From: Octopus sinensis
Taxonomy: Eukaryota
DNA length: 64,000 nt
NCBI RefSeq assembly: GCF_006345805.1
Contig: NC_042998.1
Coordinates: 23,436,001-23,500,000 of the forward strand
Direction of reading: 5' to 3'
The translations under genes were made by a program, and so were the position numbers. The notes beneath the pieces are model-generated. The model did no database searches. It was not told where the DNA came from and saw only the letters and a list, made by a program, of their open reading frames with translations. Each line of letters opens with the position of its first letter. Within the stretch, counting starts at the first letter, position 1. Shown here piece by piece: positions 11,428-24,122 of this stretch.

Positions 11428-11813
11428 GTGGAGGCGCAATGGCCCAGTGGTTAGGGCAGCGGACTCGCGGTCATAGGATCGCGGTTTCGATTCCCAGACC
11501 GGGCGTTGTGAGTGTTTATTGAGCGAAAACACCTAAAGCTCCACGAGGCTCCGGCAGGGGATGGTGGTGATCCCTGCTGTACTCTTTCACCACAACATTC
11601 TCTCACTCTTACTTCCTGTTTCTGTTGTACCTGTATTTCAAGGGGTCGGCCTTGTCACATTCTCTGTGTCACGCTGAATATCCCCGAGAACTACGTTAAG
11701 GGTACACGTGTCTGTGGAGTGCTCAGCCACTTACACGTTAATTTCACGAGCAGGCTGTTCCGTTGATTCGGATCAACCGGAACCCTCGTCGTCGTAACCG
11801 ACGGAGTGCTTCC
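11428..11813 (+). mobile_element. SINE family C, tail type 2, perfect 12-bp TSD
   Basis: TSD aaagaggctgct at 11416-11427 and 11814-11825. Tail gtctgtggagtgctcagccacttacacgttaatttcacgagcaggctgttcc. Confidence 0.93.
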
Positions 11814-12000
11814 AAAGAGGCTGCTTAACAACTCAAATGTGAACGTGATGTACTTCGACTTTGCAAAAGCCTTTGACAAAGTCGACCATGGTATGATGAG
11901 TCACAAGCTCCGAAATTTTGGCATATATGGAAAACTTGGAGAATGACTACCTGACTTTCTAAAAGATAGAAGTCAGGTAGTGGTGGTCAATGCTGTAATA

Positions 12001-12328
12001 TCGGGCTCGGAATTTCTGGAATCACCATTGACATTGGCTTATGCTTATTGTCCGATTCCCATACGCTGCATTAATATTCCTCGCACTTTCCATTGCGTTG
12101 TTGGCTTTATTGAACTCATAAAGCAAAATATGCCGAATATGCTCCTTTGTCATTTTTAACAGTTATTTTAAAATCAAACTGCACTCTTCAAAACTTGCAT
12201 TAATTATGAGAACAAGGTAAAATTACTACCTGCTTTTATAGCAAGTTGATGCAGGTAGTTTATCCGGTACCCTCGAACTTTGAGTTCATGCAATTGAAAA
12301 AAAACGCATTATTTATGGGCTGACTCAA
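12001..12328 (-). mobile_element. 5' fragment of the same mariner family, with TIR
   Basis: Aligns with 7862-8135. Ends aaaacgcattatttatgggctgactcaa followed by TA (12329-12330), the inverted match of the TIR at 7287. Confidence 0.85.
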
Positions 12329-12563
12329 TACACTGTGTGTGTGTGTATATAAAGAAATGGAGTCAAAGGTGTTATTTAAATCATTTATACTTCCAACATA
12401 TGTTTCGAAAAAGGCATTGAGATTATTCCGGAGGGAATAAAAATGATGTAAAACAATACATTCATCTCGTGAGGGGGTGGAAAGGAACAAAACACATCAA
12501 TAAGCCATTTTAACTGAATGTGATTACCGCGTACGTAAGTATATGATATAAGGAGAACGCTAT

Positions 12564-12597
<34 letters not shown>

Positions 12598-12886
12598 AGT
12601 ATATCTATGTACACACTTACACATACACACACACAAACACTCACGTCTCTATACGTTTTCCATAAATTATATATGTTTTCATCGTTGCAAAAAAGGGGGA
12701 AAAAAAGCAATCATAGGTCCGAGGATATGTTTAGAATTAGGAAAACATAGAGAAACTGAAATTCTAGACAATATATTAATTTTAAATATATTCTTGAAAA
12801 AAAAATTAAAAAAACAGAAAAAAGGAAAACCTCTCTCATGTGTGTGCGTACACGCATTGGGAGATAGGCAGTTGTATACTCCACAT

Positions 12887-13187
12887 CAATGCTTCTCAAA
12901 CCATCTGATGTGGCGTGCCGGCAGTTTTTTTTCCAATGTGTCAGGGACCGGTCATATTTCTTAGTAATATTAATTTATACCGGAAACAATATATATAATG
13001 AATATAATAAAACTTGACAATTTTACCGTATATTTATTTTGTAAAACAAATAATACAATATAACATAAGCATTTTATAAGCATTTCGTAATGTTTCTTTC
13101 ATTTCTGGAAACTCGCCGCGAACCAGCCAGCAGCTGATGGCTCGCGGACTGGCACCGGTCCGCGGACTACCACGTTGAATAGCACTG
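12887..13187. mobile_element. hAT (Buster/Charlie-like) MITE
   Basis: Termini caatgcttctcaaac and gttgaatagcactg. 8-bp TSD ctccacat / ctctacat. Confidence 0.8.
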
Positions 13188-13202
13188 CTCTACATGATAT
13201 AT

Positions 13203-13385
13203 TGGTTTCCAAATTTTGGCACAAGGCCCGCAATTTCCAGGGAGTGTGTAAACTGATTGCATCAACCCCAGGAGTTCGACTAGTACTTATTTCGTCGACC
13301 GTGAAGGGATGAAAGTCAACTCAAAACGTAAAGGCGAACGAAATGCCGTCGAGCATTTTGCCCGGCGCGCGAGCGATTTCTTGGC
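13203..13385 (-). mobile_element. SINE with A-type head and core but an alternative tail (gccttgtgccaaaattt). Similar copies near 34485-34700, 35052-35260 and 38625-38845 (+)
   Basis: Shares the B-box and ctttcatcc...gtcga..aaataagtac core with family A but ends in ccttgtgcc(aaaatttg/tatag). Confidence 0.65.
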
Positions 13386-13399
13386 AGGCACATATACTT

Positions 13400-13616
13400 A
13401 TGTATGTATGTATGTATGTATGTATGTATGTATGTATGTATGTACTCTAGCTCTTTAACCATTTTCACGCCGAAAGCTGCGGTAATGTTGGAGCATACAT
13501 ATATATATGTTACTACTTAGATCTCATTTAGACAAGTAAAACTAGTTGTTTTACTCATATGTGTGTGTGTATACATATACACGCACACACACGTACATAT
13601 GTATATATAAAATGCA

Positions 13617-13675
<59 letters not shown>
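13400..13675. repeat. (TATG)n near 13400-13445 and (CTAT)n near 13620-13675
   Basis: Direct reading of the tetranucleotide arrays. Confidence 0.95.
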
Positions 13676-13676
<1 letters not shown>

Positions 13677-14408
13677 GAAAATGCCTATCGATATAAAAAT
13701 ATGAGATAGAAAATGTAATTCCCATAAACCTTTATTTAGAACCTCTGCGATCGTTTCGATCCACTATGCATTCGCATCTTACAGACACGGGTGCATGATC
13801 TGTAAAGTACATACATTACAGGTGCAGAAGCGTCTCCTCGGGTGACTTTAAAAATGCATGACAACTGACTGTTCAGCCTCCTACCTGTAGAGTACGGTGG
13901 CAAGGATGGGTCATGGTGATCGTAGTGGTTCCGAATTACTTTTTCTCACATATTTTTATATAGACTTTATGGACACAAAGGAATTCCAGAAGTAATTCCA
14001 CCGGCATATACCTACCTACTGCTGTTGACACCAGGTAGCCGAATACTGTGAACAGGCTTTAATCAGCATACTGCAAGATGCATACGCGAATATAAATTGT
14101 ACATGTGTATATGTATATGTGTATATACGTGTGTGTGTAGAATATTTTTTACGTGTTTCAGTTATTGAAGTGAGGCCATGCGGGGGTATCGTCTTGTAGG
14201 ATTTAATCGAATAAATCGCACCAGTACACATTTTGAAGTCTTTTTCGGGTGGCTCCTTGCGCTGAACCGGTCAGTTACGGGTATTCAAACAAACCAACAC
14301 CAGTTGTGAAGCAGTCGGGGGCGGGATCAAACACACACAAACACACACACACTTTTTGCCGGCCTAATTCACTTTCAAGGCCTTAGTCATTCAAGGGCTA
14401 TAGCAGAA

Positions 14409-14824
14409 GGCGGCGAGCTGGAAGAAACGTTAACACGCCGGGCGAAATGCTTAGCAGTATTTCGTCTGCCGTTACGTTCTGAGTTCAATTTCCGCCGAAG
14501 TCGACTTTGCCTTTCATCCTTTCGGGGTCGATTAAATAAGTACCAGTTACGCAATGGGGTCGATATAATTGACTTATTCCGTTTGTCTGTCTTTGTTTGT
14601 CCCCTTTGCGTTTTGCCCCTTGTGGGTAGTAAAGAAGTAGGTATTTCGTCTTCCGTTACGTTCTGAGCTCAAATTCCGCCGAGGTCGACTTTGCCTTTCA
14701 TCCTTTTCGGGTTCGATTAAATAAGTACCAGTTACGCACTGGGGTCGATATAATTGACTTAATCACTTTGTCTGTCCTTGTTTGTTCCCTCTATGTTTAG
14801 CCTCTTATGGGCAATAAAGAAATA
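14409..14824 (+). mobile_element. SINE family A dimer inserted into an older minus-strand B-like SINE (about 14270-14925)
   Basis: TSD agggctatagcagaa (14394-14408) and agggccataacagaa (14825-14839). Junction aagaagtaggtatttcgtc near 14632-14650. Confidence 0.9.
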
Positions 14825-15111
14825 AGGGCCATAACAGAAGACATTTACCAAGATGCTGCACAGCAGGATCGAACCGGAAACCACGTGGCTGCAAAACAAG
14901 TTTCTTCAGCACACAGCCACGTTTGCACCTGGAGGCATGGTCGCTTCTGTAGCCGTGATTGTACCTTTGAAGAATTCCGGTCCTCACCTCTTTTGTTTAT
15001 TTGTATGTACGTCATTATTTTGTTTTATTTCAAGATCTCTTGCCAATAAGGAGCCGGTTTCTAACCTAGATCCAAGGCTTCTTCATTGGAATTTCAACAT
15101 CAACAACAGGG

Positions 15112-16746
15112 TATGTACGTATGTATGTGTGTGTGTATGTATGTATGTATGTATGTATGTATGTATGTATGTATGTATGTATGTATGTATGTTTGTATGT
15201 ATGTTTGTATGTATGTTTGTATGTATGTTTGTATGTATGTTTGTATGTATGTATGTATGTATGTATGTATGTATGTATGTATGTATGTATGTTGTATGTA
15301 TGTATGTATGTATGTATGTATGTATGTATGTATGTATGTATGTATGTTTGTATGTATGTTTGTATGTATGTTTGTATGTATGTTTGTATGTATGTTTGTA
15401 TGTATGTATGTATGTTTGTATGTATGTTTGTATGTATGTTTGTATGTATGTTTGTATGTATGTTTGTATGTATGTTTGTATGTATGTTTGTATGTGTATG
15501 TTTGTATGTATATTTGTATGTATGTTTGTATGTATGTATGTTTGTATGTATGTTTTATGTATGTTTGTATGTATGTATGTATGTATGTATGTATGTATGT
15601 ATTTGTATGTATGTGTATGTATGTTTGTATGTATTTGTATGTATGTGTTGTATGTATGTATGTATGTATGTTGTTGTATGTATGTATGTATGTATGTATG
15701 TATGTATGTATGTTGTTGTATGTATGTTTGTATGTATGTTTGTATGTATGTTTGTATGTATGTTTGTATGTATGTTTGTATGTATTTTGTATGTATGTTT
15801 GTATGTATGTTTGTATGTATGTATGTATGTTTGTATGTATGTTTGTATGTATGTTTGTATGTATGTATGTATGTATGTATGTTTGTATGTATGTTTGTAT
15901 GTATGTTTGTATGTATGTTTGTATGTATGTTTGTATGTTTGTATGTATGTTTGTATGTATGTATGTATGTATGTATGCATGTATGTATGCATGTATGTAT
16001 GTATGTATGTATGTTTGTATGTATGTATGTATGTATGTATGTATGTATGTATGTATGTTTGTATGTATGTTTGTATGTATGTATGTATGTATGTATGTTT
16101 GTATGTATGTATGTATGTATGTATGTATGTTTGTATGTATGTATGTATGTATGTTTGTATGTATGTTTGTATGTATGTTTGTATGTATGTTTGTATGTAT
16201 GTTTGTATGTATGTTTGTATGTATGTATGTATGTATGTATGTATGTATGTTTGTATGTATGTTTGTATGTATGTTTGTATGTATGTTTGTATGTATGTTT
16301 GTATGTATGTTTGTATGTATGTTTGTATGTATGTTTGTATGTATGTATGTATGTTTGTATGTATGTTTGTATGTATGTATGTATGTATGTATGTATGTAT
16401 GTATGTTTGTATGTATGTTTGTATGTATGTTTGTATGTATGTATGTATGTTGTATGTATGTATGTATGTATGTATGTATGTTGTATGTATGTATGTATGT
16501 ATGTATGTATGTATGCATGTATGTATGTATGTATGTTTGTATGTATGTATGTATGTATGTATGTATGTATGTATGTATGTATGTATGTTTGTATGTATGT
16601 TTGTATGTATGTATGTATGTATGTATGTTTGTATGTATGTATGTATGTATGTATGTATGTATGTATGTGTATGTATGTATGTATGTATGTATGTATGTTG
16701 TTGTATGTATGTTTGTATGTATGTTGTATGTATGTTTGTATGTATG

Positions 16747-16778
<32 letters not shown>

Positions 16779-18216
16779 TGTATGTATGTATGTATGCATG
16801 TATGTATGTTGTATGTATGTATGTATGTATGATGTATGTATGTATGTATGTATGTATGTATGTATGTTTGTATGTTATGTATGTATGTATGTATGTATGT
16901 ATGTATGTTTGTGTGTTTGTATGTATGTATGTATGTATGTATGTATGTATGCATTATGTATGTATGTATGTATGTATGTTTGGTGTTTGTATGTATGTAT
17001 GTATGTATGTATGTATGTATGTATGTATGTATGTATGTATGTATGTATGTATGCATGTATGTATGTATGTATGTTGTATGTATGTATGTATGTATGTATG
17101 TATGTATGTATGTATGTATGTATGTATGTATGTATGTTTGTATGTATGTATGTATGTATGTATGTATGTATGTATGTATGTATGTTTGTGTGTTTGTATG
17201 TATGTTTGTGTGTTTGTATGTATGTATGTATGTATGTATGTATGTATGTATGTATGTATGTATGTATGTATGTATGCATGTATGTATGTATGTTTGTGTG
17301 TTTGTATGTATGTTTGTATGTATGTATGTATGTATGTATGTATGAATGTATGTATGTATGTATGTATGTATGTATGTATGCATGTATGTATGTATGTATG
17401 TATGCATGTATGTATGTATGTATGTATGTATGTATGCATGTATGTATGTATGTATGTATGTATGCATGTATGTATGTATGTTTGTGTGTTTGTATGTATG
17501 TTTGTGTGTTTGTATGTATGTATGTATGTATGTATGTATGTATGTATGTATGCATGTATGTATGTATGTATGTTTGTGTGTTTGTATGTATGTTTGTATG
17601 TATGTATGTATGTATGTATGTATGTATGTATGTATGTATGTATGTATGTATGTATGTATGTTTGTGTGTTTGTATGTATGCATGTATGTATGTATGTATG
17701 TATGTATGTTTGTGTGTTTGTATGTATGTATGTATGTATGTATGTATGTATGTATGTATGTTTGTGTGTTTTTATGTATGTTTGTGTGTTTGTATGTATG
17801 TTTGTATGTTTGTATGTATGTATGTATGTATGTATGTATGTATGTATGTATGTATGTATGTATGTTTGTGTGTTTGTATGTATGTTTGTGTGTTTGTATG
17901 TATGTTTGTGTGTTTGTATGTATGTATGTATGTATGTATGTATGTATGTATGTATGTATGTATGTATGTTTGTGTGTTTGTATGTATGTTTGTATGTTTG
18001 TATGTATGTTTGTATGTATGTATGTATGTATGTATGTATGTTTGTGTGTTTGTATGTATGTATGTATGTATGTATGTATGTATGTATGTTTGTGTGTTTG
18101 TATGTATGTTTGTGTGTTTGTATGTATGTTTGTATGTATGTATGTATGTATGTTTGTGTGTTTGTATGTATGTTTGCATGTTTGTATGCATGTATGTATG
18201 TATGTATGTATGTATG
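15112..18216. repeat. ~3.1-kb compound (TATG)n microsatellite with TTTG, TGTG and CATG variants
   Basis: Direct reading. It is the source of all the 160-1086 aa MYVC/HTYI ORFs. Confidence 0.98.
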
Positions 18217-18539
18217 TGTGCGTGTGTGTTTATACATATGTATGTTTGTGTATGCATCTATAAATCTATGAATATATGTGTGTATGTATATATAAATCTA
18301 TGCATATATGTGTGTGTATATAATATATACCTATATAGATATGTGTATATGGATATTTATATATACATACATACAATATAATGTGTGAAAATGTGGGGAT
18401 TAGAGGGAAAGGGGGAGAGGAGAGAGAGATAAACGGAGAGAAATAGAAAGAAATATTATGACACTTTTGAACACCCGTAAATATATATTTACAATTTATC
18501 TGATGCACAAATAATAAAACTGAGAAAAAGGTGATAAAG

Positions 18540-18831
18540 AAAAAGAAAAGAACAAGAGAAATGTTCGTCTCGAATACGAAACTAAGCCGTTTTGGGTTGT
18601 CAAGTAAACAAGACGACGATAGAGCTGCAGATCTTGCCCTCTTTCAGCAGTCTTCATCATCCCTCTTTCACTATGGGATAGATTTACCCCTCCCCACGGC
18701 AAATAAAGAAGCGTTCGCTTCTTCGCTGCTGCTGTTTCCGTACTGATTCGCCCTTCATCTCAACTGTAGTGTAGTGGAAACAACATCATCATCAGTACAT
18801 CGTCCAGATATCGACTCCAGAAGGAGGGAGT
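18540..18831 (+). promoter_or_regulatory. CpG-retaining, GC-richer non-repetitive stretch; candidate promoter/5' UTR
   Basis: Many CpGs and higher GC than the flanks, no resemblance to the window's repeat families, and directly upstream of a strong-context ATG. Confidence 0.4.
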
Positions 18832-18921
18832 ATGGATTGTGCGGGAAACGCGCTGTTCCGAGTGGCGCAAGATGCCTCAGCCGTGGCCAACGTCCAAGGA
18901 GGCGTCGGGAATTACATACCG
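18832..18921 (+). CDS. Candidate first coding exon, MDCAGNALFRVAQDASAVANVQGGVGNYIP (product unknown)
   Basis: ATG context gagtATGg (A at -3, G at +4), upstream in-frame stop at 18772, 30 GC-rich codons, possible donor CCG/GTTGGC at 18922, then T-rich intron-like sequence. No homologue recognised. Confidence 0.4.
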
Positions 18922-19039
18922 GTTGGCTTTCTTTGAATTTCTTTTCTTATCTTGTGTTTTCATTCTTCGCGTCTTTTTAGAGTTGACGTTTTATTGTTAA
19001 TTCTTCTTTCGTTTCTCCCCTTTAATTTTTTCGTGCGCG

Positions 19040-19265
19040 TATATGTATGTCCGCATGTACGTACGCATGTATGTATGTATGTATGTATGTATGTATGTAT
19101 GTATGTATGTATGTACGTACGCACGTACGCATGTATGTATGTATGTATGTATGTATGTATGTATGTATGTACGTACGCATGTATGTATCTATGTATGTAT
19201 GATGTATGTATGTACGTACGCATGTATGTATCTATGTATGCATGATGTATGTATGTACGTACGCT
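19040..19265. repeat. (TATG)n with CpG-containing TACG variants
   Basis: tatgtacgtacgcatg interruptions within the array. Confidence 0.9.
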
Positions 19266-20186
19266 TGTATATGTGTGTTACATGGTGGTGGAGTGAGGAA
19301 TCGTTCTCGTATCCAACTCTTGTTTATTGTAACAAAAACAATCTGTTGCTTCTTATACGAATATGCAAATCATTTAATATTCTTCACATGATCAGACGTT
19401 CCCCCACCGCCTCTGTCAACGTTGACTCTAATCTGTCAAAGAAAGAAAATACCTTTTGTTTGTCGCTTCCACCCCCGCAATTATCTATCCATCATGTTGC
19501 ATATACATGTTTAGTGTCTAAAATGTTTGCGTGTCTAATCCTTACTTGTCTTCTGCTACTGCTTTAAACAATCTCTATTTGTGTCTTTTTTGTTGTCCTT
19601 CTCACCCGCTGACAACCCAGCAGTATTTATTTAAGGTATTAATTCACATTACTTAGATATATCTTCTGTCATTAAGACACACTTCGTTAATATATTCTGC
19701 ACAAGGACGAAAGTAGTAGTATTAATAACATTTAATATAAAAATCACACCGCAGCTCTGTTTGTGAGTGGCAAGGATCAGATTGTCAATAGGAAAACTCC
19801 TGTTACACACAGCTGCATTGATTGAGCACGTTGCTTGATTATATATAATTATTTGGTCGTAACACCTACCTGTTCAATGTGCAAATATTTTCGGTTTTTT
19901 GTTTTGGTGGGGGGTTTAATTTGTGTTTTGGAATTTTTAGTTGTACCTTCATGGTGTATTAAGGAAAAAATAATAATAATTTAAAGAATGCTTCACACAT
20001 CGTGTAATTTTCGCCTAGTCGACTGCTATTCCTAAAAGCTGCAAGTAAAAACTTGTGCATTTAAAAAAAAATTGAAGTCGTCTACAAAATAGCATGGGTT
20101 TAATTGTACCTCTAAACAACATTTTTGATTCACTTAGCAGATATAATCAGAAATGCATGGCCCCAGTATTTCGACTCTCCCTGTTG

Positions 20187-20275
<89 letters not shown>

Positions 20276-21639
20276 GAAAGACGTGTATTTTATTAGAATT
20301 GTAGTCAAAGTAATCCGAGGAAATCATATTCCTATGGATAGAAGTATGTGCATACGGTGTTCACGGAGTAAGTATGCGTGTAAACATTTAAGTGTCTTTA
20401 TATTTTAGCTTGGATAGAAATAGAGAATGCTTCATAAGAACGTTAAACGCATATATATATATATACATATGAATAATATTTACACGTTCAAAGAAATGAA
20501 AGAAAGAAAAAACTCATCCCTCTGAACTTTGTTGTTTAACCTTAGATCAATACTAAGTGAGCAGACCCGTGATCAAAGACATTCTAGGTGTGCGAATAGT
20601 CTTTTTTTCAGAGGTATCTAGAACTACATTCTAATGCGGGTGTGAATTGAAGGTGATTTGGCTGCTATTTCTAGCACATCGAACATTGGCTCGCCCCAAC
20701 TTTGTTAATATTGTCTATCATTAGCTATCTACCTAATTCGATTCTTTTGGTTTTCTAATGGCTTCATTCTATATTTAATCAGTGTTTATTAATTGGTGTT
20801 TAATGCAAATTATCGTGGTTACACCAGTGTGGTTATTATTTACTGTTTAATTATCAACTGTAACTCGTATTAGTGAAAAAGGATGTTACAAATTATTAAT
20901 GATAACAAATATATATATATACACAAATTCTACACGTTGCCTTTTCGGGGAAGTATGAATGTCACAACTTCACTCTCTCTCCCTTATATAATTATGACCT
21001 TGTTCAAAAAAAAAAAAAAAAATGAAAAATCAATATTCTATCTTAATGAAATCTTGATTACGTATGACCTAAATATCGAACTATTGCTAAATGTTCGAAC
21101 ATATATTTTATTAAATTTGAAATAAGCAAACAGTTGGCGACAACTTGGTTAATTTATAATGTTGTTTTGAAAACGAATAGGTTTTCTTGTAAACTTCGAC
21201 TTTAAGTTCATTTTGCTCTGAAAGGTAAAGACAAACATAACTAAAGAGAACAACGACAACTGAAAAGTAAATCACTCAGAAATTACTCAGAGACGCAAAC
21301 TGCGCGCAAAACAATAGTTAAAGCTAATGAAAGCTATGCGGTGAGGAAAAGACATTAACTAAACAATGGATTTTCCCCTGACAAGTGGAAAGTTTTATTG
21401 CAACGATAAATCTTTAAAATTAAATCAATTTTTTTCTCAGAATGGATATCAGTTGTATAGATTTTAATTATAATTGCGGTATTTTTTTTAATATTAGATA
21501 GATAGATAGATATGAAATAATAATGAAATTATTGTATACAGTGCTTATAGATTCCTTTCTGAAAAGTAAAGTCAACCTCAGGGAAGTTTGAACTCAGAAC
21601 CTAAATATGGATGAAATACCACTAAACAGGTATATATAT

Positions 21640-21975
21640 AAGTAGCTTGCTTACCAACCACATGGTGTGGCACCTTGGGCAAGTGTCTTCTACTATAGCA
21701 TAGGGCTGATCAAAACCATGTGAGTGGATTTGATGGACGGAAACTGAAAGAAGCCTGTCGTATATATGTATGTATATGTTTGTGTGTCTGTGTTTGTCCC
21801 TGCCCCCAACATCAATTGACAACTGATGCTGGTGTGTTTATGCCCCCGTAACTTAGCAGTTCAGCAAAAGAAACTAATAGAATAAGTATGAGGTTTACAA
21901 AGAATAAGTCCTGGGGTCAATTTGCTTGACTAAGGGCGGTGCTCCAGCATGGCCACCGTAAAATGTCTGAAGCAA
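21640..21975 (+). mobile_element. SINE family B, diverged
   Basis: agtagcttgcttaccaaccacatgg...accttgggcaagtg...ctggggtcaatttgcttgactaa...gctccagcatggcc. Confidence 0.8.
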
Positions 21976-22112
21976 ACTATATAATATATATATATATGTG
22001 TGTGTGTGTGTGTATGAATATATATATACATGTGTGTGTGTGTAAATATATATATATTATACATGTATGTATATATATGTATATATTTGTATGTATATAT
22101 GGATATGTATGG

Positions 22113-22143
<31 letters not shown>

Positions 22144-22166
22144 CATACATATATATGTATATATAT

Positions 22167-22218
<52 letters not shown>

Positions 22219-22978
22219 TTTGTCTCTGTTGAAGCAAAGATAAATCTCTTTAAATCAAGAATTTATCATACATACACACATACATACATATATACATATA
22301 TATTGCACTATAATAGCTTATTCATAGCATACACATGATATTCTAAGAATTATGCAGAAATATAGGAAGGTTTGATTTTTTATGACTATCTCTGTCTGAG
22401 TTCATTTTGAGGAGCCCCTGTATGAGCCAATATCATGCTTCTATGATCATGTATTATTGAATGTCATTTTTGCAAATAACTGGTGTTTACTATATTGTTA
22501 ATCCAGATATGAAGAAAGACTGTCTGCTTCATTTATCATAATCTTTCTAAAGAAATAGGCAGTAAGTGATTAAGTTGATTTTTTCCAAACTTTCTCATAC
22601 TTGTTGAGTTTGAGAATTGGTGTAAATTAGTAAAACAGCAGAAGCTACCTAAATCAGTGTTAGGAACAGAACTAGATGTAATTGCAAAACTTACCTTCTT
22701 AATTCTTAACATGAGAAGTGTTTCCGAAAACAATATCCTTTTTTTTTTTTTTTTTTATGAATTCAGAACCATTTTATTTTCATTAGATTTGCTAAAGTTT
22801 TGCAAAAGGATCTGTTGCTGTTTAGCTCCTAAACCTTTACATTTTTACATGTTTTGAGCTCCTGCCAAAAATAGTTGGCTGACATGCTAACTAAATTTGT
22901 CTGTAAGGATTTCAACTAAAAACAAAACTTCACCTCCATACATGCGATATCTATCATGATATGATAAAGAGAATCTGG

Positions 22979-23017
<39 letters not shown>

Positions 23018-23459
23018 CACACACACTATGAACTCTTGTTTTGATGTATATAAATTTGTGAATTTTTAAGTTTTAAGTTCATGTTTGCTTCAGTAAACAC
23101 TTGGAATACTTCCAACAACTATTTTAGGCATTGCTTACTATTTGTCTAACTCATGGTGTTAGTCAACCAATGAAATCCAGTAACATTTTTGCTTTACTGT
23201 GTCTATTAAAAGCCCAAGCAATACATAGGACAATATACTAAGTAATTCCACTGAAAATAGTACCCTAATTGAGTGTGGTTTTGTTGTACGGATGTTATTT
23301 AGAGCCGTATGTTTACTTATATTTGGCACTCAAGGGAACTCTTACCAACTTTCATCAAACAAGCTCTTGAGAATGCTAACTGGTTTATTTAAGTAGAATC
23401 CCACTTGGCATGATTGATGTTAATCACCTGCCCTAATAATAGATGTCTTTATTTTAAAC

Positions 23460-23718
23460 CAGTGGTTCTTAACCATTTTTTTACCTTCAGAACCATTTGG
23501 TTCCTATTTTACTCAGGTGGATCCTCATGACCATTCAATGTTTTAAAAATGCTATATATAGGAACAGGAGTGGCTGTGGTAAGTAGCTTGCTTACCAACC
23601 ACATGATTCTGGGTTCAGTCCCACTGTGTGACACCTCAGGCAAGTGTCTTCTACTATAGCCTCGGGCTGACCAAAGCCTTGTGAGTGGATTTGGTAGACG
23701 GAAACTGAAAGAAGCCCG

Positions 23719-23761
<43 letters not shown>

Positions 23762-24122
23762 TATATTTATGTGTGTGTTTGTCCCCCCATCATCACTTGA
23801 CAACTGATGTTGGTGTGTTTACATCCCCATAACTTAGTGGTTCGGCAAAAAATACTGATAGAATAAGTACTAGGCTTACAAAGAATAAGTCGATTTGTTC
23901 GACTAAAGGCGGTGCTCCAGCATGGCCACAGTCAAATGACTGAAACAAGTAAAAGAATAAAAGAATATTTTTATTGTTAAACATTATTAGGAACTGTATT
24001 AAAAAAAAATATTAAAAAATTTTGTGTATTATAGAAGTAAACCAAATTTATTGCTTATCAATTTTAACAACAAAATCTCATGTACCCCCAAGGGGCATGT
24101 GGACCCTGGTTGAGAACTCCTG
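23460..24122. mobile_element. hAT-type MITE family D containing a SINE B (about 23561-23965)
   Basis: Termini cagtggttcttaacc and ggttgagaactcctg. Flanks ttttaaac / ctttaaat. Confidence 0.8.

Larger units (their letters stand above)
10513..11995 (+). mobile_element. CR1-like LINE reverse transcriptase fragment (pseudogenised) hosting two SINEs
   Basis: Removing both SINEs and one copy of each TSD restores one frame: ...GKLPDKLKEGII..HKG...KNYRPISLT..SKVME...QHGFRPG*SCLTQLL...YFDFAKAFDKVDH...FLKDRSQVV, with three TGA stops. Confidence 0.9.

Noticed and set aside
11428-11505. tRNA gene (Arg-like) at SINE C heads, and likewise at A and B heads
   Set aside because: A and B boxes are present but there is no complete cloverleaf or acceptor stem, and the heads are fused to SINE bodies with TSDs.
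13740-14070. Possible minus-strand micro-exons (e.g. FGYLVSTAV between cag and gtaggt at about 14016-14045)
   Set aside because: Splice-like signals exist but could not be chained into a coherent frame, and the peptides are too short to recognise.
14853-18381. ORFs of 160-1086 aa (MYVC.../HTYI...) on both strands
   Set aside because: They are translations of the (TATG)n array, whose 4-bp unit has no stop codon in any frame. There is no domain content.
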